NCBI GenBank assembly: GCA_963737655.1
Contig: CAVTTN010000002.1
Coordinates: 5,984,001 to 6,048,000 of the forward strand
Direction: 5' to 3'
Length of the DNA: 64,000 bases
Source: an uncultured Planctomycetota bacterium
GTDB lineage: Bacteria; Planctomycetota; Planctomycetia; Isosphaerales; Isosphaeraceae
The translations under genes and the position numbers were made by a program. This document shows positions 1-11,924 of the stretch, piece after piece. The notes under the pieces are model-generated. The model had not been told where the DNA came from. It saw only the letters and a list, made by a program, of their open reading frames with translations, and searched no databases. Numbering within the stretch: position 1 is the stretch's first letter; each line of letters starts with the position of its first letter.

Positions 1-91
1 TCGGCCGCCAGCGGCCCCCGATGAGCCGGGCCGACCCCCGATGGCCCAGTCTGTCCATGCCCACCCCTTTGCGGATCGGAGAGAGCCAGCC

Positions 92-639
92 GTGCCCCAC
101 ATCACACTCCCCGAAGGCGTCCCCGGCATCCTCGGGCCGATGACCGCCTATCCCGAGACCGAGCGCCACCTGAACGGCCTGGCCGAGGCCCTCCTGCGCG
201 GGCCGTCCTCGCTGACTCCGGCCGAGCGCGAGACGATCGCGACGTCGGTGTCGCACGGCAACGAGTGCTACTTCTGCACCCAGTCGCACGCCGCCGTCGC
301 CCGCGAGCACCTCGGCGAGCATCGCCACCTCCTGGACCTCGTCCTCGAAGACCGCGCTCGGCCCCGATCGACGAGAAGCTCAAGGCCTTGCTGGAGATCG
401 CCCACAAGGTCCGCCTGGACGCCCGCACCGTCCGCCCGGAGGACGTCGAGCGGGCCCGCGCCGCCGGCGCCGACGACAAGGCGATCCACGACACCGTCCT
501 GATCGCCGCCGCGTTCTGCATGTATAACCGCTACGTCGACGGCCTCGCGACCTGGGCGCCGCGCGACCCCGAGGTCTATCGCAGGATCGGCGTGAACCTG
601 GCGAGCCGGGGCTATCGGGGGCCGGACGCGGATGCCTGA
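92..639 (+). CDS. AhpD/carboxymuconolactone decarboxylase-family peroxidase-related protein (one frameshift near 355)
   Basis: GGAGAG RBS then GTG at 92; ORF 41..502 gives LTPAERETIAxxVSxxNECYFCxxSH (CxxC); continues in ORF 265..639 with DEKLKALL...IHDTVLIAAAFCMYNRYVDGL. Confidence 0.85.
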
Positions 640-2044
640 CTCGACGCGTCCGGAGATTGCCGCCCCCGACCTGATGCCCCGCCGCCTGGGCCTGGCCTCG
701 GCGTCGGCGCTCGTGGTCGGGCAGGTCATCGGCGTGGGGATCTTCCTCACGCCGTCGGACATGGCCCGCTCGCTCGGCTCGCCGTTCTGGCTCCTGGTCG
801 TCTGGGGCTCGATGGGCGTCATGGCGATCTGCGGCGCCCTGTCGTTCGGGGCGCTGGCGGCCCGCCACCCCGAGGATGGCGGCGGCTACGTCTACCTGCG
901 ACGGGCCTTCGGGCCTCGCGTCGCGTTCCTCTACGGCTGGATGTCGCTGCTGGTCACGGACCCCGGCCTCACCGCCATGCTGGCCGCGGGGCTGGCACGC
1001 TACGCGGGATCGCTGGTCCCGCTCGACGCGTTCGGCCTGCGGGCCGTCGCCGTCGGGGCGATCCTGCTCATGGCGGCGGTGAACGTCGCGGGGCTGGCGA
1101 TCGGCTCGGGGGTGCTGCGCGTGCTCTCGGCGCTGAAGCTCGGCCTGCTCGCGCTGATCGTCGTCGGGGGGTTCGGCTCCGGTCGGGGCTCGTGGGCGCA
1201 CTTCGATCCCTTCGTGAGCCGGCCCTCGGGCGCCGGCCCGCTCGTGCCGGCGCTCATCGGCGGGCTGCTCGCCGCGTTCTTCTCGCTCGCGGGGTTCTGG
1301 GACGTCAGCAAGATTGCGGGCGAGATCCGCGACCCGGCCCGCAACGTGCCTCGCGCGATGACGCTCGGCGTCTCGATCGTGACGCTCGTGTACGTCCTCA
1401 TCAGTGCCGTGTTCTGGTACCTCGTCCCGTGGTCCGCGGTCGACCCGGAGCGGGGCTTCGCCGCGCAGGCCGGAGCGATCCTGTTCGGCTCGGCGGTGGA
1501 GCGGGTGTTCGCCGGGGTCGTGATCGTCTCGGTCCTCGGCAGCCTGGCGGCGTACCTGATGGCGGCGCCCCGCGTGTACTACGCGATGGCCCGCGACGGC
1601 CTGTTCCCGTCGTGGCTCTCGGCGATCAGCCCGAGGCTCGGCACGCCGGCCCGCGCCACGGCGGTCCAGGCGACCCTCGCGTCGATCCTGGCGGCCTCGG
1701 GGTCGTTCGAGCAGATCCTCGCCTACTTCATGGCGGTCACGATCGGGTTCCTCGCTCTGATCGCCGCGACCGTCTTTGTGCTGCCCGCGACGGGCGACGC
1801 GGGGCGGGTGCCGGGGTCTCCGATCACCCCGCTGGGGTTCATCGTCCCGACGACGCTGGTAGTCGTTCTTCAAGTGATGAACGATCCCCTGCGTTCCGGG
1901 GGAGGCCTGGCCATCGTCGCGCTGGGCCTGCCCGCCTACCAGATCGCCATCCATCGCGGCGCCGCGATCGGGGGCCCGCGAGGGCCCGACGTCGGCCCAG
2001 GCCCGGAAGGCTCCGAATCACAGGCGTCGGCAGGCGCCGAGTGA
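632..2044 (+). CDS. APC-family amino acid permease
   Basis: Multiple TM helices; VIGVGIF, GGGYVYLRRAFG, GEIRDPARNVPRA and PRVYYAMARDGLF motifs; overlaps upstream stop. Confidence 0.9.
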   Translation: MPDSTRPEIAAPDLMPRRLGLASASALVVGQVIGVGIFLTPSDMARSLGSPFWLLVVWGSMGVMAICGALSFGALAARHPEDGGGYVYLRRAFGPRVAFLYGWMSLLVTDPGLTAMLAAGLARYAGSLVPLDAFGLRAVAVGAILLMAAVNVAGLAIGSGVLRVLSALKLGLLALIVVGGFGSGRGSWAHFDPFVSRPSGAGPLVPALIGGLLAAFFSLAGFWDVSKIAGEIRDPARNVPRAMTLGVSIVTLVYVLISAVFWYLVPWSAVDPERGFAAQAGAILFGSAVERVFAGVVIVSVLGSLAAYLMAAPRVYYAMARDGLFPSWLSAISPRLGTPARATAVQATLASILAASGSFEQILAYFMAVTIGFLALIAATVFVLPATGDAGRVPGSPITPLGFIVPTTLVVVLQVMNDPLRSGGGLAIVALGLPAYQIAIHRGAAIGGPRGPDVGPGPEGSESQASAGAE

Positions 2045-2095
2045 ATGTCCGTGTGGCCCGTTTGTTCCCATTCCTCGCAACAGGAGAGACGCATC

Positions 2096-2494
2096 ATGGC
2101 CGAGACGAACGACGCGGTGATCGGCAACCAGGAGTCGATCTTGGGCAACCAGGAGAGGATCCTGGCGAACCAGGCGACCATCGAGCGCAATCAGTCGAAG
2201 CTCGACAAGGTCGTCTCGAATCAGGCGGCGATCCTGGCGAACCAGGAGACCATCCAGCAGAACCAGAAGAAGCTGGACAGGATCGCCGCCAATCAGGCGA
2301 CCATCCTGGCGAATCAGGAGACGATCCAGCACAATCAGGAGAAGCTGGACAAGGCCATCGCCAACCAGGCGAGCATCCAGAGCAACCAGGAGCACATCCT
2401 GGCCAATCAGGAGACCATCGCCGCCAACCAGCGAGAGATCCTCGGCAACCAGCGAGAGATCCTCGCCAATCAGAAGAAGATCCTGACGAAGTGA
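2096..2494 (+). CDS. 132-aa heptad-repeat (IxxNQxx x16) coiled-coil protein of unknown function
   Basis: CAGGAGAG RBS, ATG at 2096; sequence parses into 16 NQ-containing heptads with three LDx insertions. Confidence 0.85.
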   Translation: MAETNDAVIGNQESILGNQERILANQATIERNQSKLDKVVSNQAAILANQETIQQNQKKLDRIAANQATILANQETIQHNQEKLDKAIANQASIQSNQEHILANQETIAANQREILGNQREILANQKKILTK

Positions 2495-2507
2495 CGGGTC
2501 CGCCGTC

Positions 2508-2540
2508 GGCGGCGCCGGCCGGTCTTCGGCCGGCGCCGCC
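2508..2540 (+). terminator. Perfect 14-bp GC stem-loop after the heptad gene (terminator or mRNA stabiliser)
   Basis: GGCGGCGCCGGCCG-gtctt-CGGCCGGCGCCGCC; no U-tract. Confidence 0.65.
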
Positions 2541-2558
2541 CCGGATCGCGGCGCGAGA

Positions 2559-2567
2559 TGGTATGAT
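2559..2567 (+). promoter_or_regulatory. Possible extended -10 promoter for the ABC importer
   Basis: TGgTATGAT about 45 nt upstream of ATG 2611. Confidence 0.3.
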
Positions 2568-2610
2568 CGATCGAAAATGGGATTGCTTCCCACCCACCGG
2601 AGGTCAACGG

Positions 2611-3797
2611 ATGGAAACCCCCCGCCCCGCCCCGCCGAAGCGGTCTCGCATCGGATCAGCGCTCGTCCCGCTCGCCCTCGCGGCCCTCGCGACGGGGTGC
2701 GGCGGCTCGTCGGAGGGCCCGAAGTCGGCCAAGGACGGTAGTCCGACGCCGGTGAAGGTCGCCTATTTGGGCCTCACCTGCGAGGCCGCCATGTTCGTCG
2801 CTCAGGAGAAGGGGTTCTTCAAGGACGAGGGGCTCGACGTCGAGTTCGTGAAGACCGACTGGGACGGACTGCGCGACGGCCTCGGCCTCGGCCGTTTCGA
2901 CGCCAATTACACGCTGATCATGTACCTGTTGAAGCCGATCGAGCAGGGCCTGGACGTGAAGATCACCGGCGGGGTCCATTCGGGATGCCTCCGCGTGCAG
3001 GTCGGCGCGAAGTCGGACATCAAGTCCCCCGAGGACCTCAAGGGGAAGAAGATCGGCATCCCCACGATGGGCAGCCCGCCGTTCCTCTTCGCCAGCCGCG
3101 TGCTCGCCGCGAAGGGGCTCGACCCGCGGAAGGACGTCGCCTGGGTCGTCGTCGCGCCCGAGGTCATGGGCCTGGCGCTGGACAAGGGGCAGGTCGACGC
3201 GGTGGCCGATTCCGAACCGCTGGGCTCGATCCTCACGGCCAAATCGGGAGTCCGCACGATCGCCGACCAGGCCGTCGACGCGCCGTACAGGGACGAATAC
3301 TGCTGCGCGACCGTCGTGAGCGGCAAGTTCGCGTCGAGGGACCCGGCCGGCGCCGCGAAGGTGACGCGGGCCTTGCTGAGGGGCGCCCGGTGGGTCGAGG
3401 AGAACCCGACGGCCGCGGCGAAGCTGGCGGTCGAGAAGAAGTACGTCGCCTCCTCGGCCGAACTCAACGCGCAGGCGATCGGCAAACTGCATTACATGCC
3501 GGGCGTCTCGCGCTGCCGAGAGAGCATCGGGCTGGCCGCGAAGGAGATGAAGGCGGCCGGGCTGCTCAACCCCTCGACGGATCCGGCCGAGCTTGCCAAG
3601 CGGGCCTGGATCGACCTGGAAGGCGTCGATGATGACTGGATCAAGGGCCTCCAGGTCGAAAAGGTCGCCGGGGGAGGCCGACCGGTCGAGATGGATCGCG
3701 TGGCGTTGGCCGCGCTCCTGCGCGCGAGAAGGACTCCCATTTCATGTGCTGCGCCGGCTGCGGCGCGGCGAAGGACGGCGAGCTGTGCGGACGATAG
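2611..3797 (+). CDS. NitT/TauT (SsuA-like) ABC substrate-binding lipoprotein with Cys-rich motifs (probable frameshift near 3725)
   Basis: GGAGG RBS; lipobox LATGC; AQEKGFFKDEGLDVEFV, DLKGKKIG and GQVDA motifs; alternative frame ends HFMCCAGCGAAKDGELCGR-TAG at 3797. Confidence 0.85.
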
Positions 3798-4812
3798 GCA
3801 CGACGAACCTCCGCGACGAGGGGCCGGCGGCCTTGCCCCTCGCCGCGGGCCCGGGGGGCGGGACGCGCCCGGCCGCCTGGGCGGTCCGCCTCGCGCCGAC
3901 CGCGGCGGCGGTCTCGGCGCTGGCGGCCCATCGGCTCCTCCCGGACGGGCAATCCTCGCCGCCGTCGCAACTCTATCCGGGCCTGCTCGTCGTCCTCCTG
4001 GTCGCGGGCCTGGGGTTCGCGGCCTTGCCGGGCGCTCGCGGACGCCTCGCCTCGTGGCTGCGACATCGAAGCCCGCTGTTCGCCGGCATCATCGTTTGGC
4101 TCGCGACCTGGGACCTCATGACCCTCAAGCTGGCCTGGTTGCCCCTGCCGTACTTCCCCGACCCCGACCGAGTGCTGATGGCGATGTGGGAGGACCGCGG
4201 CGACCTGGCGTGGAGCGCGTTCCACTCGCTGAAGCTGCTGTTCTCGGGCTATGCGTGCGGCGTGGCGGCGGGGCTGGTGTGCGGCGTCCTGATCGGGTGG
4301 TTCCGGCCGATCCGGTACTGGGGGATGCCGCTGTTGAAGTTCGTCGGTCCGATCCCGGCCACGGCGTATGTGCCGCTGATGATGGCGCTCTTCCCGAGCG
4401 GGTTCCTCTCCGGCTCGGCCCTGATCGCAGTGGCGGTGTGGTTCCCGGTGACGATGCTCACGACCTCGGGCATGGCGAACGTGCCGGTGTCGTACCTGGA
4501 CGTCGCGCGGACCCTGGGCGCGGGCGCGGCTACCTGATCTTCCGCGTCGCCTTGCCGTCGGCGTTGCCGAGCATCTTCCTCGGCCTCTTCATGGGCCTCG
4601 GCTCGGCGTTCCTGACGCTCATCGTGGCCGAGACGATGGGCGTGCCGGCCGGGCTGGGGTGGTATCTCAAGTGGAAGCAGGGCTATCTCGAATATGCCCA
4701 CGTCTACGGGGCGCTGATCGTCATGGCGGCCTTCTTCTCGGGCCTCATGACGCTCCTCTTCGGGGCCCGCGACCGGGTCCTCGGCTGGCAGAAGGGCGTG
4801 ATCCGGTGGTAA
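3785..4812 (+). CDS. NitT/TauT ABC permease (frameshift near 4525)
   Basis: LPYFPDP, GPIPATAYVP and LDVARTLGA, then YLIFRVALPSALPSIFLGL...LIVAETMGVPAGLGW in the next frame. Confidence 0.85.
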
Positions 4813-5638
4813 GCGCGATCGACCTCGACTCGTCGAGCCTGCACGTCCGAGAGGTCTCCCGATCCTTCCGCGCGGAGGACGGCTCGACGGTCCTGGCGCT
4901 CGACCGCCTGTCGCTCTCGGTCGCCCCGGGCGAGATGGTGGCCCTCGTGGGCCCGAGCGGGTGCGGCAAGTCCACCCTCCTGCGGCTGATCGCCGGCCTG
5001 GATCGGCCCTCGTCGGGCGAGCTGCGGATCGGCTCGGAGCCGATCGCCGGCCCGAGCGCCGAGCGCGGGCTGATGTTCCAGGACCCGACGCTCTTCCCCT
5101 GGGCGACGGTCCGGCGTAACGTGGAGGCGGGCCTCGTCGCGCGGGGCGTCCTGCGCCAGGGTCGCGGCGAGGTCGAGGAGTATCTCAGGCTCGTCGGCCT
5201 GGACGCCTTCGCCGACGCCTATCCGCACCAGCTCTCCGGCGGCATGGCGCAGAGGGCGGCCCTGGCCCGGGCGCTCATCAACCACCCGAAGGTCCTGCTG
5301 CTGGACGAGCCCTCGGCGCCCTCGATCAATTTACCCGGATGCGGATGCAGGACGAGGTGATCCGGCTCTGGCAGGCGCGGAAGACGACGATGGTGCTGGT
5401 CACGCACGACATCGACGAGGCGCTCTACATGAGCGACCGCATCGTGATGATGACCCCGCGGCCGGGGCGGATCGACCGGGTCCTCGACGTCCCGCTCGAA
5501 CGGCCGAGGCATCGCAACGACCCCCGGTTCCTCCGCCTCCGCGCCCAGATCCTCGACGACCTCCACTTCTCCGGCGGAAGAGCCGCGGCCCCCATCGACG
5601 CCGGGGCCCACGCCCCGGACGCGGGCGGTGCGTCATGA
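4806..5638 (+). CDS. NitT/TauT ABC ATP-binding protein (frameshift near 5312)
   Basis: Walker A GPSGCGKST, LSGGMAQR, LLLDEP, VTHDIDEA, PRPGRI. Confidence 0.9.
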
Positions 5639-8600
5639 CCCGGGCCCGACGGATGCTGTTCCTCGTCGTCGGGCTGCCCCTGGCGATCCTCGCCGTCGGC
5701 GGGACGGCCCTCCTGATCTGGTGGGCGACTCGTTCGAGGCTGCCCGCTCCGGGCTCGCCACGTTACGAGGAGATGGTCTCGGCCTTCTCCTCGGGCGTCG
5801 CGGCCCTCGACTCGGACGCGAACCCGATCGCTCGCGACGCGCTGGACCGGGCCGTCGGGATCGTGCCCGAGGAGCCGGCGGCCTGGGCGAACCTGGGCCT
5901 GGCGCTGCTCCGCCTCAACGACCTCGAAGCGTCCGCGAAGGCGATGGAAGAGGCCCGCAAGCTCGCCCCCGACAGCGGAGCCGTCGAGCACCTTTCGGCA
6001 CTCCTCGAGGAGCGCCGCGGCGACTTCGACAGGGTCGTGACGCACCTGAAACGGGCGATCGATCTGGACCCGAAAGCCCTCCGGTCCCGCTACGCTCTCG
6101 TCAAGGAATACGAGCGCCAGGGGCAGGCCGAGGCCGAGGCCCTCCGGCTGCTGGCGGAGATCGTGGAGCTGGCCCCGAGCAACCTCGCCGCGCAGATCGA
6201 CCGGGCCCGCCTGGCGGCCAAGTCGGGCGACGCCGAGTCGCTCCGGGCGGCGATCCGGGGCCTGAGCGGCCAGTCGGCCTCCTGGCCCGAGAGGGCCCGC
6301 GAGCAGTTCGCGTCCGTGGAGAAGGCCATCGCCGAGAAGAACCCGAGGCTCGCCACGTCACGCGTGCTGGGCCTCCGCAACCTGCTCGTGACCGTCCCCG
6401 CCTTCCGCCAGGGGAGCGACGCCCTGGAACTCCCGGCCGGCACCGTGGGCGCGCCGATCCCCCGGTTCCTGCGCATGCCGAACCCCTCTCCAACTCCCGC
6501 GCCGCCGGATCGGTCGGTCGCGTTCGCCTTCAGTCCCCCGGGCAAGGACGCGGCGAGGAGGGCGGACGCCGTCTTCCTGCTCATCGACCCCAAGGATGGT
6601 GCGGTGACGCTCCTCGAAGCCGACGGCCGCGAGCTTCGCAGGGCCGGCGGCTCGGGCACCATCGCCCCGTTCCCCGGCGGGGGGGACGCGAAACCGCCGA
6701 CGCCCCACGGCGTCGCCGTGGCCGACTGGAATTCGGACTATCGGCCCGACCTCGTCCTCGCCGGCGCCGGGGGTGTCCGGTTCCTGAAGCAGGAGGAGGA
6801 CGGCTCGTTCACCGACGTGACCGCCGCCACGAAGCTGGGGCCGGAGATCCTCGGGACGAACGCCTCGGGCATCTGGGCCGCGGACATCGAGATGGACGGC
6901 GATCTCGACTTCGTGGTCGGCGTGCGTGACGGGGCGACGCGGGTACTCGTCAATCGGGGCGACGGCACCTTCGCGTCGGACGAGTCCCGATTCAAACAGT
7001 GCAAGGATATGCACAATTTCGCGTGGTCCGACCTGGACGGAGACGGCGACCCCGACGCGGCGATGGTCGAGGGGACCGGCCCCGCCGGCTTCTCGAAGCT
7101 GCGCGTGTTCATGAACGAGCGGGCCGGCCGGTTCGTGGAAAGGGAAGTGCCCCAGGAGATCGAAGGCGTCCGAGACCTCGCCGTGGGCGACGCGGACGGC
7201 GACGGCCTGATGGACCTGCTCCTCCTGACGTGGTCCACGGTCCTGCGACTCTCCGATCGCGAGGGCGGCCGATCCTGGGATTTCGCGGAGCTGTTCCGGA
7301 GGCCGGGCCCGAAGGACGGCGGCGGGGATCGCCTCCTGGTCGCGGATCTGGACAACAATGGCGCGATCGATCTGATCCTCTCGTCACGAGAACTCGCCAC
7401 GGAGGCTCTGGCTCGGCGGGCGGCCGGGCGATCCCTGGGTCCGCGCGGCCGGTGCGATGGAGTCGCTGGCGCCGTTCCAGGTCTTCGGGATCGCCGACGC
7501 GAACCGCGACGGACGTCTCGACGTCGCGGGGACCGTGAGCAACGGCGTCGCGGGCCCGACGGTCTCCCTCGGCACCAACAGCGGGAAGGCGTCGTATGGC
7601 TGGCTCGACGTCCGCCCCCGCGCCGCGAAGAGCGTGGGGGACGGCCGCATCAACTCCTTCGGCCTCGGCGGCGAGATCCAGGTCCGCGCGGGCCTGCTCG
7701 TCCAGAAGCAGGTGATCGCCGGCCCGGTGGTCCACTTCGGCCTCGGCACCCACAACGGGGCCGACGTCGCCCGCGTGGTCTGGCCGAACGGCACGGCGCA
7801 GGCCGAGTTCAACACGAAAGCGAATGTCGCGATCGCCGCCGAGCAGAGGCTCAAGGGCTCGTGCCCCTTCATCTATGCCTTCGACGGGTCGGAGATCCGC
7901 TTCGTCACCGATTTCCTCTGGCGCTCGCCCCTGGGGCTGCGGATCAACGCGCAGGACACGGCGGGAGTCGGCCAGACGGAGGACTGGATCAAGATCCGAG
8001 GCGACCAGCTCGCCCCGCGCGAGGGGAATTACGACCTCCGCATGACCGCCGAGCTGTGGGAGACCCATTTCTGGGACCACGTCTCGCTGATGGTCGTCGA
8101 TCACCCCAGTGGCACCGAAGTGTTCGTCGACGAGCGGTTCGCCCGCAAGCCGCCGACGCTGAAGGTCCACGCCACGGGGCGCGTCCGCCCGGTGAAGAGC
8201 GCTCGCGACGATCGGGGAGACGACGTCCATGACGTCGTCCGCGCGGGACGGCCGCTATCTCGACACCTTCGGCCGGGGCTTCTATCAGGGCGTCACGCGT
8301 GATCACTGGGTCGAGGTCGAGATCGGCGAGGACGTGCCGAGGGACCGGAAGCTCGTCCTCGTCGCCGAGGGCTGGATTCACCCGACCGATAGCTCGATCA
8401 ACGTGGCGCTTGGTCAGGGGACTCATGAGCCGCCGAGGGGGCTAAGCCTGGAGGCCCCGACGGCAGACGGCCAATGGGCCGTGGTTCGCGACCACCTGGG
8501 GTTCCCGGCCGGCAAGAACAAGACCGTTCTCATCGACCTGGACGGCGTGTTCCGGTCCGATGCCCCGCGCAAGCTCCGCCTGAGGACGAATCTGGAGGTC

Positions 8601-9164
8601 TATTGGGACGCACTCTCGGTCGCGACGGCCGAGGACGGGGCACCCCTCAAGATCCGCCGCATAGCCCCGGCGACGGCCGACCTGCGCCATCGCGGCTATT
8701 CGCGGATGACGCAGGCGGATGCCGGCTCGCCGGAAACCCCTCGCTACGATATCCTGGACGGGGGGCGCCAGCGCTGGAATGACCTGATCGGGTTCTACAC
8801 CCGGTTCGGCGACGTCCGCGAGCTTCTGGAGCGGGTCGACGACCGCTACGTGATCGCCAACGCCGGGGACGAGGTCCGGCTCCTCTTCCCCGCCGCGGAC
8901 CCTCCGCCGCCGGGATGGACGCGCGACTTCGTCCTGATCGGCGACGGCTGGAACAAGGATGGCGACTACAATACGGCGTTCTCGAAGACCGTCCTGCCCC
9001 TGCCGTCCCACGCGCGACCGAATTACGACACGCCTCCGGGCGAGCTGGAAGACGACCCCGTCTATCGGGACCATCCGGACGACTGGCAGCAGTATCACAC
9101 CCGTTACGTCACACCGCACGTCTTCCGCGACGGGCTGAAGCCCCGGGCGGTCGCGAAACCATAG
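5635..9164 (+). CDS. Membrane-anchored TPR + FG-GAP + ASPIC/UnbV (CRTAC1-like) protein with C-terminal extension (frameshifts near 7400 and 8230)
   Basis: N-terminal TM; TPR (AAWANLGLALLRL); repeated DxDxDGxxD loops; HFGLG...VVWPNG; KGSCPF motif; joins ORFs 5635, 7457 and 8229. Confidence 0.8.
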
Positions 9165-9184
9165 CAGGATCGGAGTCGGAACGC

Positions 9185-10984
9185 ATGCTCGGGGCCAAGG
9201 CCGGACGGATCGCCGCGATCCTCCTGTTCGTCGGGCTGATCGGCGCGACCCTGGTGCTGAATCGCTCGTCGCCGTCGTCGGGGGGGGCGAAGCCGTCCCC
9301 CTCGGGGTCGAAGTCCGAAGGGCCCTCGCGCTACGGCTTCCGCCTGGAAGAGGTGTCGAAGGCGTCGGGGATCGACTTCGTCCACAAGGCCCCCACGCTC
9401 GACGCCAAGCTCGCGCACATCATGCCGCAGATCGCCTCGATGGGCGCGGGGGTCTCGGCGGTCGACTTCGACCGCGACGGCTGGCAGGACCTCTACGTCA
9501 CCAACAGCGGCGAGGGGAGCTTCAACCGGCTCTATCGCAACAGGAAGGACGGCACGTTCGAGGACGTCGCCGGCCCCCTCGGCGTGGCCGACGTCAACAA
9601 GGAGGGGACCGGCGTCTCGATGGGCTCGGTCTGGGGCGACTACGACAACGACGGCTATGAAGACCTGTTCCTCTACAAGTGGGGCCGCCCCGAACTCTTC
9701 CACAACGACGGCGGCAAGGCGTTCACCCGCCAGACCGAATCCGCCGGCCTCCCCGCGTGGGTCAACGCCGGGTGCGCGACGTGGCTCGACTTCGACCGCG
9801 ACGGCCGGCTCGACCTCTTCCTCGGCGGCTACTGGGCCGACGACCTCGACCTCTGGCACCTCAAGACGACGAAGATGATGCCGGAGAGCTTCGAGTATGC
9901 GAAGAACGGCGGGCGCAAATACCTCTTCCGCAACGTCGGCGACGGCCGATTCGAGGACGCGGCCAAAACGACCGGCCTGGAGAGCCGCGCTGGGCGCTGT
10001 GCGCGGCGGCGGCCGATCTGCGAGGGACCGGCTTCCCCGACCTGGTCGTCGCCAACGACTACGGCGTCTCGGAACTCTTCGCGAATGAGGGCGGGAAGCG
10101 ATTCCGCGAGATCGGCAACGCGACGGGGGTCGGCTTCGCGCCCAAGAGCGGCATGAACGTCAGCTTCGGCGACATCTTCAACCAGGGCCGGTTCTCGATC
10201 TACGTGACGAACATCTCCGAGGAGGGCGTCCTGATCCAGGGGAACAACCTCTGGGTCCCTCGCGAGGGGACGAAGGGGGACGGCCTCAAGTACGACAACC
10301 TGGCGCGCGAGACGGGCGTCGAGCTCGGCGGCTGGAGCTTCGGCGCCCAGTTCGGCGACCTGAACAACGACGGCACGCAGGATCTCGTGCTCACCAATGG
10401 TTATATCTCGGATGCGAAGGATGCCAGCTACTGGTATGACTACTCGGTGATCGCCGGCGGTCACAGCTCGATCATCTCCGACGCCAAGAACTGGCCGGCG
10501 ATGGGGGACAAGAGCCTCTCGGGCTACCAGGCGAAGCGCGTCTGGATGAACGACGGCGCGGGGCATTTCGCCGACGTGGCGCAGGCCGTCGGCTACACCG
10601 ACCGGCACGACGGCCGGGCCGTGATCCTCGTTGACCTCTGGAACCGCGGCGCGCTCGACCTCGTCGTCGCCAACCAGAAGGGGCCGCTGCTCGTCTACAG
10701 GAACACGGTCGATCCCGCGAACAAGTGGATCGGCTTCGACCTCCGCGGCAAGGCGTCCAACCGCAGCGCCATCGGGGCCGAGGTCCGTCTGTTCTGGGAC
10801 GGGCAGGAGCAGCTGCAGCAGGTCACGGGCGGCGCGGGTACTCGGCGCAGAATCCCCGCCCGCTGCACTTCGGCCTGGGCAAGTCGCCGAAGATGGAGAA
10901 GGCCGTCATCCGCTGGCCGTCCGGCAAGGAACAGGTCATCCCGACGCCCGAATCCGGGCGCGTTCATACGGTGGAGGAGCCCTG

Positions 10985-10985
<1 letters not shown>
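9185..10985 (+). CDS. CRTAC1/ASPIC-UnbV FG-GAP repeat protein (frameshifts near 9985 and 10835)
   Basis: N-terminal hydrophobic anchor; DFDRDGWQDLYVTN and DYDNDGYEDLF repeats; SNRSAIGAEV and GYSAQNPRPLHFGLG...IRWPSG. Confidence 0.85.
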
Positions 10986-11875
<890 letters not shown>

Positions 11876-11924
11876 TCGACGCGGATTCATCGCTCCTTCC
11901 TTCCTTTCGGACGAGGCCGGACTC

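Noticed and set aside
2117..2490. 21-nt periodic DNA repeats as a CRISPR array or VNTR
   Set aside because: Variation is codon-like and there are no unique spacers or cas genes; it is a coding heptad repeat
1192..4812. 1206-aa ORF apparently fusing several genes
   Set aside because: Chance stop-free GC-rich frame linked by frameshifts; only 2611-3725 and 4525-4812 are protein-like
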